Source: Actinomycetes bacterium (GTDB lineage: Bacteria > Actinomycetota > UBA4738 > HRBIN12). From it: a stretch of 53,129 nt of DNA. Location of the stretch: positions 1 to 53,129 of the forward strand of contig JANLXF010000182.1 of assembly GCA_031364965.1 (NCBI GenBank). The letters run 5' to 3'. A model generated the notes under the pieces. That model was given only the letters and a program-made list of their open reading frames with translations. It had not been told where the DNA came from and did no database searches. The stretch's first letter is position 1. Every line of letters starts with the position of its first letter. Shown here one piece after another: positions 8,759 through 17,024 of this stretch. The position numbers and the translations under genes are program-made.

Positions 8759-10495
8759 TCAGAGGCCCTCGAACGGATCGCCGCCGGCGTCCGCCGCCAC
8801 TTCCTCCTTCCGGGTGGCCCAGGGCGGGAAGGGGAAGGTCACCACGAGCGGCACGGGGATCGCGGGTTGCGAGATCACCATCGTGCCCGGCTTCAGGAGC
8901 CGCGCGCGAGCCCGTGTGGACGGGAGCATCCAGCCGTATTCGGCGCGCTCGGCCTCGGCGGCGTCGAGGCGGCCGCTCACCCGGATCGCGGCGTTCTCGA
9001 GCACCTCGGACGCCACGCGACTGGCGGTCTGCTGCGCGCCGACCAGTAGCACCCCCAGCGACCGCCCGCGCTGCGCGATGTCGATCAGCATCTCCTTGAG
9101 CGGCGAGTGGCCCTCGCGGGGCGCGTACTTGTTCAGTTCGTCGAGCACGATCACGGAGAGCGGCAAGCGCTGGCCCGTCTCCTCCTTCTCGGCGAAGGTC
9201 TCGTTCAGGAGGGCGCCCACGACGAACCGCTGGGCCTGGTCGTGCAGGGACTGGATCGCGACGACGCTGACGCTCGCGCGCCCGCGATCGATGCGGTGCG
9301 AGTCGCCCGCGCGCACGAGCTGGCCCATGCGGGCCGCGCCCGCGTGCATCCGCCGCATGAACGCGCTCACGGTGCCGCCCATCACGCGGCCACTCCACGA
9401 CGGGTCGGCGTCGCCGCCGTTCTCAGGCTCGAGGAACTCGCCGATCGCGTCCACGAGGGTCTGCAGGTCGGTGACGATCCGCTCGCCGGCGTCGACCCGG
9501 ACCTCCTGGCCGCGCCAGGACCCCCCGGGTGCGTCGTGTGGATCGCGGAGCACCACGGCGCCGGGCATGCCGGCGACATCGACGGCGAAGCGCTTCAGCT
9601 GCGCCTGCACGCGCTCGCGGATGAACGGGAGCTGGTTGCGCTGGTCGTTCGCGTCGGTGAGGAGGAACTGCAGCAGGTCGTCGTCGATGAACTCGCGCGG
9701 CGTCCACGTGAAGACCTCCACGCCCTCCTGGCGTCCGCCGGTGTCGGGGAGCAGGACATCCCCGGACCTTCGCCGGGGCGGCGCCCAGAAGCACACGCTG
9801 GGGAAGGGCGCCGGCTCGACCCCGAGGGTCGCCCACCCCGCGGCCGCATCCTCGTCGAAGAAGCGGTTCGGCTTGTCGAGCCAGAGCAGGTCCTCGCCCT
9901 TGACGTTGAACACCAGCACGCGCAGGTTCGCGGCCCCCTCGCCCACGATGCTCGGCGACGAGGTGAGCATGCGCAGGAAGAACAGCGCGAACGAGGTCTT
10001 CGTGGCCACGCCGCTGATGCCGCTGATCGACATGTGGCCGCCCTTGCGGCCGTCGAAGAAGTCGAGATCGACGTGGACCGGCAGGGCGTCGCGCCCGATA
10101 CCGACGGGGAGCGGGCGGCCCATCTCGTCGACGAAGAGCGCCTTGTCTCGCTCCTCGCCCACGGCGCGCTCGACCGGTTCGCCGGGGTCGGGGGAGACCC
10201 ACACCTCGGGGTCCACGCGGGTGACGGCCACGCGCGCGGTGCGCACCTTCGCCCCTGGCATGATCCCGAGCTCTGCGATCCGGTGGGTGTCGGACTCGAA
10301 CGAGGCGCCCTCGTAGACGGCCTCGGCCTCGGTGATGACCCCATACGTGCGCACTTCGCCGGCCTTCGGGACCTGGGTGCGCACGACCACGAGGTCGTCG
10401 AGCTGCAGGTAGTCGTCGTCGTCGAGCACCACCCGGAACGCGCTCGTCGAGGCGTGCTCGGAGCCCAGGACCCGGCCGACCTGCTCGTCGGTCAC
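8759..10495 (-). CDS. herA: HerA-like (DUF87/FtsK-HerA superfamily) hexameric ATPase/helicase
   Basis: N-terminal HAS-barrel-like region. P-loop-like GISGVATKTS. Walker-B-like VIVLDELNKYAP. The GTG start at 10495 overlaps the nurA stop as GTGA. The track ORF extension to 11116 lies in another frame over nurA and was discarded. Confidence 0.75.
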   Translation of the reverse strand: MTDEQVGRVLGSEHASTSAFRVVLDDDDYLQLDDLVVVRTQVPKAGEVRTYGVITEAEAVYEGASFESDTHRIAELGIMPGAKVRTARVAVTRVDPEVWVSPDPGEPVERAVGEERDKALFVDEMGRPLPVGIGRDALPVHVDLDFFDGRKGGHMSISGISGVATKTSFALFFLRMLTSSPSIVGEGAANLRVLVFNVKGEDLLWLDKPNRFFDEDAAAGWATLGVEPAPFPSVCFWAPPRRRSGDVLLPDTGGRQEGVEVFTWTPREFIDDDLLQFLLTDANDQRNQLPFIRERVQAQLKRFAVDVAGMPGAVVLRDPHDAPGGSWRGQEVRVDAGERIVTDLQTLVDAIGEFLEPENGGDADPSWSGRVMGGTVSAFMRRMHAGAARMGQLVRAGDSHRIDRGRASVSVVAIQSLHDQAQRFVVGALLNETFAEKEETGQRLPLSVIVLDELNKYAPREGHSPLKEMLIDIAQRGRSLGVLLVGAQQTASRVASEVLENAAIRVSGRLDAAEAERAEYGWMLPSTRARARLLKPGTMVISQPAIPVPLVVTFPFPPWATRKEEVAADAGGDPFEGL

Positions 10496-11430
10496 GACGC
10501 CTCCCGTTCCATGACGGCTTCGCGCAGCGCCCGGTATACGAGCCCGCGGTCGCCCATCCGATGCTTGAGGTCCCGCTCGAGCGCGGCGATCGGCACGAGG
10601 TTCTGCGGCGCGCGGGGGTCCACGTGCGGTTCGGAGGCGACGAGCGGCAGTACCGCGGCCGTGCGGTCGGCGATCAGCACGGCCTGCTCCTTGGGGAGCT
10701 GGCCCGACACCTCGCAGCGCACGATCCCGGTCCACGAGTGGCCGAGCGACAGCATCGCGAGCCGCACGTACCACGAGTACCGCTTGTAGTCGCCGATCGA
10801 GAACATCGGCGTGCGTTGCCCGGGTGCGAGCTGTGCCACCACGGCGTTGCGTTCGGGCTCGAGATAGGTGACCCGGTGGCTCTTGATGTAGCCCACCGTG
10901 GGGTGGGCGGTGAGCTCGTTCAGCGGGCCGTCGGCGACGACGAAGCACTCGGAGGCGAGCGCGGTGGCGGTCTCGCCCTCGGCGCGCCGCATCTTCGTGT
11001 GGAGCTCGATGATCAACCGGGCCGGATCCTCGGATGCGCACGTGGTGGTCGTGAGTCCGGGCTCGATCGCCACCGGCGGCATCTGCTCGGGCCGCCCGCC
11101 GGCGAGGACGGCCCAACGTTCGATCCTCACCGAGGTGACCTCGGATCGCCGCGCGGTTCGATCCCAGACCGTGGCGCCCACCGCGAACGTGCCGCAGAGC
11201 CCGGGGGTCGGACCGGCGACCGGGTCGTCGAGCGTGAGCCGGGCGTCCACCCGACGGACGCCGTCGACGAACGCGATCCGTTCGACGCCGTCGTCGACGC
11301 CCTCGATCGGGGCCCAGGTCTCGTGCTCCACCGTGGCGTCGACCGAGCCTTCGGCCGGGGTGAGCGAGTCGTCCTGGTCGAGGGGGGTGCCGTACTCGGG
11401 GTCCCAGCCCTCGACGAAGATGCGCGCCAT
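10492..11430 (-). CDS. nurA: NurA-like nuclease domain protein
   Basis: Translationally coupled immediately upstream of herA. An IAFVDGV-type acidic motif is typical of the NurA N-terminal catalytic Asp. The size (about 310 aa) fits. ATG 11430 is preceded by TAGGAT-N7. An alternative start lies at 11472. Confidence 0.6.
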   Translation of the reverse strand: MARIFVEGWDPEYGTPLDQDDSLTPAEGSVDATVEHETWAPIEGVDDGVERIAFVDGVRRVDARLTLDDPVAGPTPGLCGTFAVGATVWDRTARRSEVTSVRIERWAVLAGGRPEQMPPVAIEPGLTTTTCASEDPARLIIELHTKMRRAEGETATALASECFVVADGPLNELTAHPTVGYIKSHRVTYLEPERNAVVAQLAPGQRTPMFSIGDYKRYSWYVRLAMLSLGHSWTGIVRCEVSGQLPKEQAVLIADRTAAVLPLVASEPHVDPRAPQNLVPIAALERDLKHRMGDRGLVYRALREAVMEREAS

Positions 11431-11437
11431 GGCGCCC

Positions 11438-11443
11438 ATCCTA
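11438..11443 (-). promoter_or_regulatory. Candidate -10 hexamer (TAGGAT on minus strand) for a leaderless nurA-herA-sbcDC transcript
   Basis: TAGGAT, 7 nt, ATG (11430). No SD. Confidence 0.35.
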
Positions 11444-11475
11444 CCGAGGGCGCCGGACACCACCCCGGCCACCCA

Positions 11476-12237
11476 TCAGGCCGCGTTGCGAACGTCCTTC
11501 GACATGACGGACCAGGAACCGTCGCCGTCGTACGTGAGCACGGTGGTCTTGAAGGCGCTCGGGCAGCAGTGGGGGTCCCCGAGCCGATAGACGGCCTGGT
11601 CGACCACGAGCCCCACGGGGTCGACCGATGGGTCGATGCGTCCGTCGCAGAGGTCGCGCGCGAAGACCGCCGTGGCTCCGGAGACATCGATCACGGCCCA
11701 CCGCGCGCAGGCGCCGCTTCCACCCGTCGAGGCCGACAGCAGCACGTCCTGCATCCCGTCGCCGGTGACGTCGGCCACGAGCCCGTCGATGCCGAGCACC
11801 CCCGCCTCGGCGTCGAGCGGGAACCACGCCACGGCGCGCCACGCGGGGGCGACGTCGAAGTGCCGCCACACGAGCGTGCCACGGTCGGCCCGGAACGGAT
11901 CGCCGCTCGGCTTCACGTACGCGATCACGACGCTCACCGGGGTCCGGGTGGTCCACGACCGCTCCACGTCCGTCCCGCGGGGGATCAGCGACGTGAGATC
12001 GAGATCGGCGGGCGCCAGGTCCTCGACCACGACGCCGGGCGTTCCGGGCGGCAGCTCCACCCCCGGCGCTCCGGAGGCGGAGGGCGCCTCGGTCGGAGCG
12101 CGTGACGAGCGACCCGCCGAGACCGAATCCGTGGGGCGCGAGGACGAGCGCTCGGACGTGGCCGGCTCCCCGCCGCAGCCGGCCGCGACGGTGACCACCG
12201 CCAATGCGATCGCCGCGAAGACGTCGAACCGTCGCAT
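11476..12237 (-). CDS. Secreted lipoprotein of unknown function
   Basis: Signal peptide with lipobox VAAGC. A Ser/Pro-rich linker follows. A DVTGDGMQDVLL motif resembles an FG-GAP/VCBS calcium-binding loop. The gene ends 3 nt before the longest nurA ORF. Confidence 0.6.
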   Translation of the reverse strand: MRRFDVFAAIALAVVTVAAGCGGEPATSERSSSRPTDSVSAGRSSRAPTEAPSASGAPGVELPPGTPGVVVEDLAPADLDLTSLIPRGTDVERSWTTRTPVSVVIAYVKPSGDPFRADRGTLVWRHFDVAPAWRAVAWFPLDAEAGVLGIDGLVADVTGDGMQDVLLSASTGGSGACARWAVIDVSGATAVFARDLCDGRIDPSVDPVGLVVDQAVYRLGDPHCCPSAFKTTVLTYDGDGSWSVMSKDVRNAA

Positions 12238-12272
12238 GCGGCGATGCTAGCGGTCCCGCGACGGGCTCCGGG

Positions 12273-12278
12273 TAGGAT
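12273..12278 (+). promoter_or_regulatory. Candidate -10 hexamer (TAGGAT) for a leaderless thioesterase mRNA
   Basis: TAGGAT, 7 nt, ATG 12286. Confidence 0.4.
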
Positions 12279-12285
12279 GCGGCCC

Positions 12286-12831
12286 ATGTCCTGGGACCTC
12301 ACGCCGAAGCGGGTCGCCGATTCCGAGGTGACCCTCACGCAGCTGATGGAGGTCACCGACGCGAACCTCGCGGGCAACGTCCACGGCGGGGCGCTGATGC
12401 GCCTGGTCGACACCGCGGCGGGGCTCGCCGCGATCCGGCATGCGGGTGGCCTGGCCGTCACCGTCGCGATCGACGAGATGACCTTCCTGGACCCCGTCCA
12501 CATCGGCGACGTCGTCATGCTGCTGGCGTCGGTGAACGCGGTCGGCAGCACATCGATGGAGGTCGGGGTTCGCGTGGAAGCACAGAACCCCGTCACGGGC
12601 CGCCGCCGGCACGTCAACAGCGCCTACCTGGTGTTCGTGGCGGTCGACGACGAGGGCCGCCCCCGGCCGGTGCCGCCGCTCGTGACCGACACCGACGTGG
12701 AGCGGCGCCGTCAGCACGATTCCACCCTGCGGCGAACGACCCGGCTCGCGCACAAGGCGGCCGTCGAGGCGGCCCGCGCGGCCGAGGCCGCCGGGCTCGA
12801 CCACCCGGCCGCCTCCGCCGATCCATCCTGA
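12286..12831 (+). CDS. Acyl-CoA thioesterase (hotdog fold, YciA/BFIT-like)
   Basis: ANLAGNVHGGALMRLVDTAAGLAA and VAIDEMTFLDPVHIGD motifs are typical of acyl-CoA hydrolases. The track start is 12244; I preferred 12286. Confidence 0.8.
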   Translation: MSWDLTPKRVADSEVTLTQLMEVTDANLAGNVHGGALMRLVDTAAGLAAIRHAGGLAVTVAIDEMTFLDPVHIGDVVMLLASVNAVGSTSMEVGVRVEAQNPVTGRRRHVNSAYLVFVAVDDEGRPRPVPPLVTDTDVERRRQHDSTLRRTTRLAHKAAVEAARAAEAAGLDHPAASADPS

Positions 12832-12874
12832 CCGCCGCCACGCCCCGACCCTCGGCCGCGGCGTGGGAGGATTG

Positions 12875-15616
12875 ATGCAGACCTCGCAACGGGAAGGATC
12901 AGCGTTGACCAGCGACCTTGCAGGCGCCCACGGCCGGCTCGAGACCGCCGACGGCGCCGTCGACATCTACCGCCTCGCTTGGCTCGAAGCGCAAGGGATC
13001 GGTGACATCGCACGTCTCCCGCACACGGTGCGCATCCTGCTCGAGAACCTCCTTCGGCGCGCGGGCACGCGCGACGTGTCCGACGACGACGTGCGGGCGT
13101 TGGCCGACTGGCCCGGCCCGGCGGGTGACGTCGCGTTCATGCCCGGACGGGTCCTGATGCAGGACTTCACCGGGGTGCCGGCCGTGGTCGATCTCGCCGC
13201 GATGCGAAGCGCGACGGCGCGCGCCGGCGGCGATCCCTCGACGGTGAACCCGCTGATCCCGGTCGACCTCGTGATCGATCACTCCGTGCAGGTCGACCTG
13301 TTCCGCACGCCCGAGGCCTACGAGCGCAACATCGAGTTCGAGTACCGGCGCAACGCGGAGCGCTACACGCTCCTGCGGTGGGCGCAGCAGGCATTCGACG
13401 GGCTCCGCGTCGTGCCACCGGGAGCGGGGATCTGCCACCAGGTGAACCTGGAGCACCTGGGCCAGGTCGTGAGCGAGCGCGACGGGGTCGCCTTCCCGGA
13501 CACCGTCGTCGGCACCGACTCGCACACGACCATGATCAACGGGCTGGGCGTGCTGGGATGGGGCGTGGGCGGGATCGAGGCCGAGGCCGCGATGCTCGGG
13601 CAGCCGATGTTCTTGCCGCAGCCGTTCGTGATCGGCGTTCGGACCGTGGGGGCGCTTCCCCCCGGCACGACGGCCACCGACCTGGTGCTGACGCTCACCC
13701 AGATGCTCCGTTCCCACGGCGTGGTGGGAACCTACGTGGAGTTCTTCGGCGACGGGCTGTCGACCCTCTCGGTCGCCGACCGCGCAACCCTGTCGAACAT
13801 GTGTCCGGAGTACGGGGCCACCGCCGCGTACTTCCCGGTAGACGCCGAGACCCTCCGGTACCTCGCCTTCACCGGCCGCGACGAGGGGCTCGACCTGGTG
13901 GAGCGGTACACGAAGGCCCAGGGCCTGTTCCGCGCCGATGGCGATCCCGAGCCCACCTTCAGCGAGGTGCTCGAGCTCGACCTGTCGGCGGTGGTGCCCT
14001 CGCTCGCAGGCCCCAAGCGCCCGCAGGACCGGGTCGCGCTCCCCGACGTCTGGGACTCGTTCGTCGCCGCGTTCCGCGACCACGCGGAGCCCGATCCGAA
14101 GGCGGCGGAGGTGGGCCGGTTCATGGCCGAAGGCGGCAGTCCCCGGGTGGAGCGGCTCCCGGGCAACGACGTGGTCGAGGCGCCGGAGGACGACCGCGAG
14201 GTGGGTGACGGCTCGGTCGTGATCGCGGCGATCACCTCCTGCACGAACACGTCGAACCCCAGCGTGATGCTCGCCGCCGGGCTGCTGGCTCGCAAGGCCG
14301 TCGAAGCCGGCCTGCGGACCAAACCGTGGGTGAAGACCTCACTCGCTCCCGGGTCGCGTGTGGTCACCGACTACCTCGATCGAGCGGGGCTGACGCCCGC
14401 CCTGGACGAGCTCGGGTTCGCGCTCGTGGGCTACGGCTGCACCACGTGCATCGGGAACTCCGGCCCGTTGATCGACGAGGTCGCCCGGGCCGTGGACGAG
14501 CGCGACCTGAACGTCGCCGCCGTCCTCTCGGGCAACCGGAACTTCGAGGGGCGGGTGCACCCGCAGGTCCGGGCCGCGTACCTCGCCTCACCCCCGCTGT
14601 GCGTTGCGTACGCCCTCGCGGGCAGGCTCGACGTCGATCTGACCACCGAGCCGCTCGGTGTGGGGTCCGACGGCCCCGTCTTCCTCGCCGATATCTGGCC
14701 GTCCGCCGACGAGGTTGCCGACGCGGTCGCGGCCTCGATCGTTCGGGAGCAGTTCGACGACGAATACGCCCGTGTCTGGGACGGCGACGAGCACTGGGGG
14801 TCGCTCCCGACGCCCGAGGGACCGATCTACGCGTGGGACCCGGCCTCGACCTACGTCGCCGAGCCTCCGTTCTTCGACGCGCTCGCCGACGACATGCCGA
14901 CGGGCGACATCGAAGGGGCGCGGGTCCTGGTGAAGATCGGCGATTCGATCACGACCGATCACATCTCGCCCGCGGGTTCGATCAAGGCAGAGTCCCCGGC
15001 GGGTGCGTACCTGCGAGGGCGAGGCGTCGAGCCGGTCGACTTCAACTCCTACGGCGCCCGCCGCGGGAACCACGAGGTGATGATGCGCGGGACGTTCGCG
15101 AACATCCGCCTGCGCAACGACCTCGCACCCGGTACCGAGGGCCCATGGACGACCCACCTGCCCAGCGGCGAGGTCACCAGCGTGTTCGAGGCCTCCGAAC
15201 GCTACCGCGCCGCGGGCACGCCGCTCGCGGTGCTGGCCGGAAAGGAGTACGGCAGCGGTTCGAGCCGCGACTGGGCCGCCAAGGGCCCGAACCTGCTGGG
15301 CGTGCGGTTCGTGATCGCCGAGAGCTACGAACGGATCCACCGGTCGAACCTGGTGGGGATGGGTGTCCTCCCGCTGCAGTACGCGAGCGGCGACTCGGCC
15401 GCTTCGCTGGGACTCACGGGCCGCGAGACCCTCTCGGCGCGGGGGCTTGCGGGCGGCATCACGCCCGGCCAGCAGGCACTCGTCGAGGTCACCCGCGAGG
15501 ACGGCACCTCGGCGACGTTCCCGGTGACGGTGCGGATCGACGCGCCCGCGGAGCTCGACTACTTCCGCGCCGGCGGGATCCTGCGGATGGTGCTACGCCA
15601 GATGCTGGGCGCCTGA
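12875..15616 (+). CDS. acnA: Aconitate hydratase A
   Basis: Full-length aconitase/IRP-like sequence, about 910 aa. It has Fe-S ligand motifs ITSCTNTSNP and GCTTCIGNSGP. SD GGGAGGA lies upstream of ATG 12875. Confidence 0.95.
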   Translation: MQTSQREGSALTSDLAGAHGRLETADGAVDIYRLAWLEAQGIGDIARLPHTVRILLENLLRRAGTRDVSDDDVRALADWPGPAGDVAFMPGRVLMQDFTGVPAVVDLAAMRSATARAGGDPSTVNPLIPVDLVIDHSVQVDLFRTPEAYERNIEFEYRRNAERYTLLRWAQQAFDGLRVVPPGAGICHQVNLEHLGQVVSERDGVAFPDTVVGTDSHTTMINGLGVLGWGVGGIEAEAAMLGQPMFLPQPFVIGVRTVGALPPGTTATDLVLTLTQMLRSHGVVGTYVEFFGDGLSTLSVADRATLSNMCPEYGATAAYFPVDAETLRYLAFTGRDEGLDLVERYTKAQGLFRADGDPEPTFSEVLELDLSAVVPSLAGPKRPQDRVALPDVWDSFVAAFRDHAEPDPKAAEVGRFMAEGGSPRVERLPGNDVVEAPEDDREVGDGSVVIAAITSCTNTSNPSVMLAAGLLARKAVEAGLRTKPWVKTSLAPGSRVVTDYLDRAGLTPALDELGFALVGYGCTTCIGNSGPLIDEVARAVDERDLNVAAVLSGNRNFEGRVHPQVRAAYLASPPLCVAYALAGRLDVDLTTEPLGVGSDGPVFLADIWPSADEVADAVAASIVREQFDDEYARVWDGDEHWGSLPTPEGPIYAWDPASTYVAEPPFFDALADDMPTGDIEGARVLVKIGDSITTDHISPAGSIKAESPAGAYLRGRGVEPVDFNSYGARRGNHEVMMRGTFANIRLRNDLAPGTEGPWTTHLPSGEVTSVFEASERYRAAGTPLAVLAGKEYGSGSSRDWAAKGPNLLGVRFVIAESYERIHRSNLVGMGVLPLQYASGDSAASLGLTGRETLSARGLAGGITPGQQALVEVTREDGTSATFPVTVRIDAPAELDYFRAGGILRMVLRQMLGA

Positions 15617-15636
15617 GGGTCCGCCACAGGTGCGGC

Positions 15637-16311
15637 TTACTCGACCGAGCCGGGCATCGTCGTGTGGCGCGCGAGGTAGGCGGCGGCCTCGGCGCGCCGG
15701 GCGACCTCGAGCTTGGACAGGATCGACGAGACGTAGTTCTTCACGGTCTTCTCGGCGAGGTGGAGCTCCTCGCCGATCTCGCGGTTCGTCTTCCCGTCGG
15801 CCACCGAGGTGAGGATGCGCTCCTCCTGGGGTGAGAGCCGCGCGAGCTTCTCGTCGCGCATCAGGTGCTTGCCCTTGCGGAGCCGTTCGAGGACCGCGTT
15901 CGTCACGCTGGGGTCTAGGAGCGAGTCGCCGGCGCCGACCGCGCGGATCGCGCGCATCAGGTCGCCCGACTTCACCTGCTTCAAGACGTACCCGGACGCA
16001 CCCGCCATGATGGAGGCGAACAGCGCCTCGTCGTCGGCGAACGAGGTGAGCATCAGGACCCTGGTGGCCGGGTGGTTCGCGCGGATCTCCCGGGTGGCCT
16101 CGATGCCGCTGCCGTCGGCCAGACGCACGTCCATGACCACGACGTCGGGACGCGTGCGGCCGGCCTCGTCGACCGCCTCGCGCACGGAACCTGCCTCGGC
16201 CGTCACCACCACGTCTTCTTGTGTGGAGAGCATCGCGCGGATCCCGTCGCGCACGATCTCGTGGTCGTCGACGAGCATGACGCGGAGCGGAGCTTGCTTG
16301 GGCATGGGCAC
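15637..16311 (-). CDS. NarL/LuxR-family two-component response regulator
   Basis: REC domain (VMLVDDHEIV, phospho-acceptor context VVVMDVRLADGSG, LTSF) plus a C-terminal LuxR HTH (LSPQEERILTSVADGKTNREIGEEL). The likely true start is ATG 16305, which is leaderless. Confidence 0.9.
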   Translation of the reverse strand: MPMPKQAPLRVMLVDDHEIVRDGIRAMLSTQEDVVVTAEAGSVREAVDEAGRTRPDVVVMDVRLADGSGIEATREIRANHPATRVLMLTSFADDEALFASIMAGASGYVLKQVKSGDLMRAIRAVGAGDSLLDPSVTNAVLERLRKGKHLMRDEKLARLSPQEERILTSVADGKTNREIGEELHLAEKTVKNYVSSILSKLEVARRAEAAAYLARHTTMPGSVE

Positions 16312-16317
16312 ATCCTA
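16312..16317 (-). promoter_or_regulatory. Candidate -10 hexamer (TAGGAT on minus strand) for a leaderless response-regulator mRNA
   Basis: TAGGAT, 6 nt, ATG 16305. Confidence 0.35.
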
Positions 16318-16375
16318 GTGCCCGACGGGTACGGACGGCGCGAACGGAGGCCCTGCCGGCCTGACGCCGCGGGCC

Positions 16376-16888
16376 TCAGGCCGGGTCAAGCCCGACCGGC
16401 ACGCCGCCGTACCCCTGGGTCAACTCCGCGCTCCGCGTTTGCTCGGTCAAGGTGGCACCCAGCCGGTCCAGGAAGTCCTTCAAGGTGGCCTCGGCCACGC
16501 GGAAGAGCACCGCACGGTCGATCGCCCGGCCGATCGCGCCGAGCGGCGGCACGTAGCGCGCGCTCATCGCGAGCTGGGTGCGCGTTGGGCTGAGCGGGGC
16601 GATCTCCAGGTCGGCTTCGAGTGCCGGGAACAACCCGCTCGCGCCCACGGCGGCCCAATGCAAGGGGATCACCGTCTTCGAGGGCATGCGGACCGGCTCC
16701 CGGAACTCGATCGCGACCCGTCGCGCGACGCGCACGTCCTCGCCGAACCCGACCTCGGCGAGGAGGGCGTCGCCGTGATGGTTGGCCTCCCGTGCGAGGC
16801 CGGGCACCCACGTCTCGGGGCTCCGCAGGAGGGCTGCCTCGACGCCCTCGGGGTCCATCGGGAGCTCGATGAAATATCTCGCGAACAT
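16376..16888 (-). CDS. Hypothetical protein, possibly SRPBCC/START-like fold
   Basis: About 170 aa starting MFARYFIELPMDPEGV. High GC3. No signal peptide. The fold guess rests only on size and an alternating beta/long C-terminal helix pattern. The track start at 16978 was rejected because the extension is Arg/Cys/Pro-rich. Confidence 0.45.
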   Translation of the reverse strand: MFARYFIELPMDPEGVEAALLRSPETWVPGLAREANHHGDALLAEVGFGEDVRVARRVAIEFREPVRMPSKTVIPLHWAAVGASGLFPALEADLEIAPLSPTRTQLAMSARYVPPLGAIGRAIDRAVLFRVAEATLKDFLDRLGATLTEQTRSAELTQGYGGVPVGLDPA

Positions 16889-16936
16889 AGATAGACAGTG
16901 TCGGGGCCACCAGGAGGCGTCCCGAGGGGCGTCCGC

Positions 16937-16951
16937 CCCGCGCAGCGCGGG
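16937..16951. promoter_or_regulatory. Perfect 15-nt palindrome CCCGCGC-A-GCGCGGG in the divergent intergenic region, next to a GGCGTCC direct repeat (16916 and 16928)
   Basis: Read directly from the sequence. It lies between the divergent unknown gene (start 16888) and the multicopper oxidase (start 17025). Confidence 0.3.
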
Positions 16952-17024
16952 ACCTTCGGCGAGGCACGGGCACCTCAAAGATCGGAGACTGCACCCTTAT
17001 CGGTCGAACGACAGGAGGAGCACG

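Noticed and set aside
10496-11116. N-terminal extension of the 785-aa herA track ORF
   Set aside because: It overlaps nurA in a different frame with an Arg/Ala/Pro-rich product. GTG 10495 gives a classical GTGA coupling to the nurA stop.
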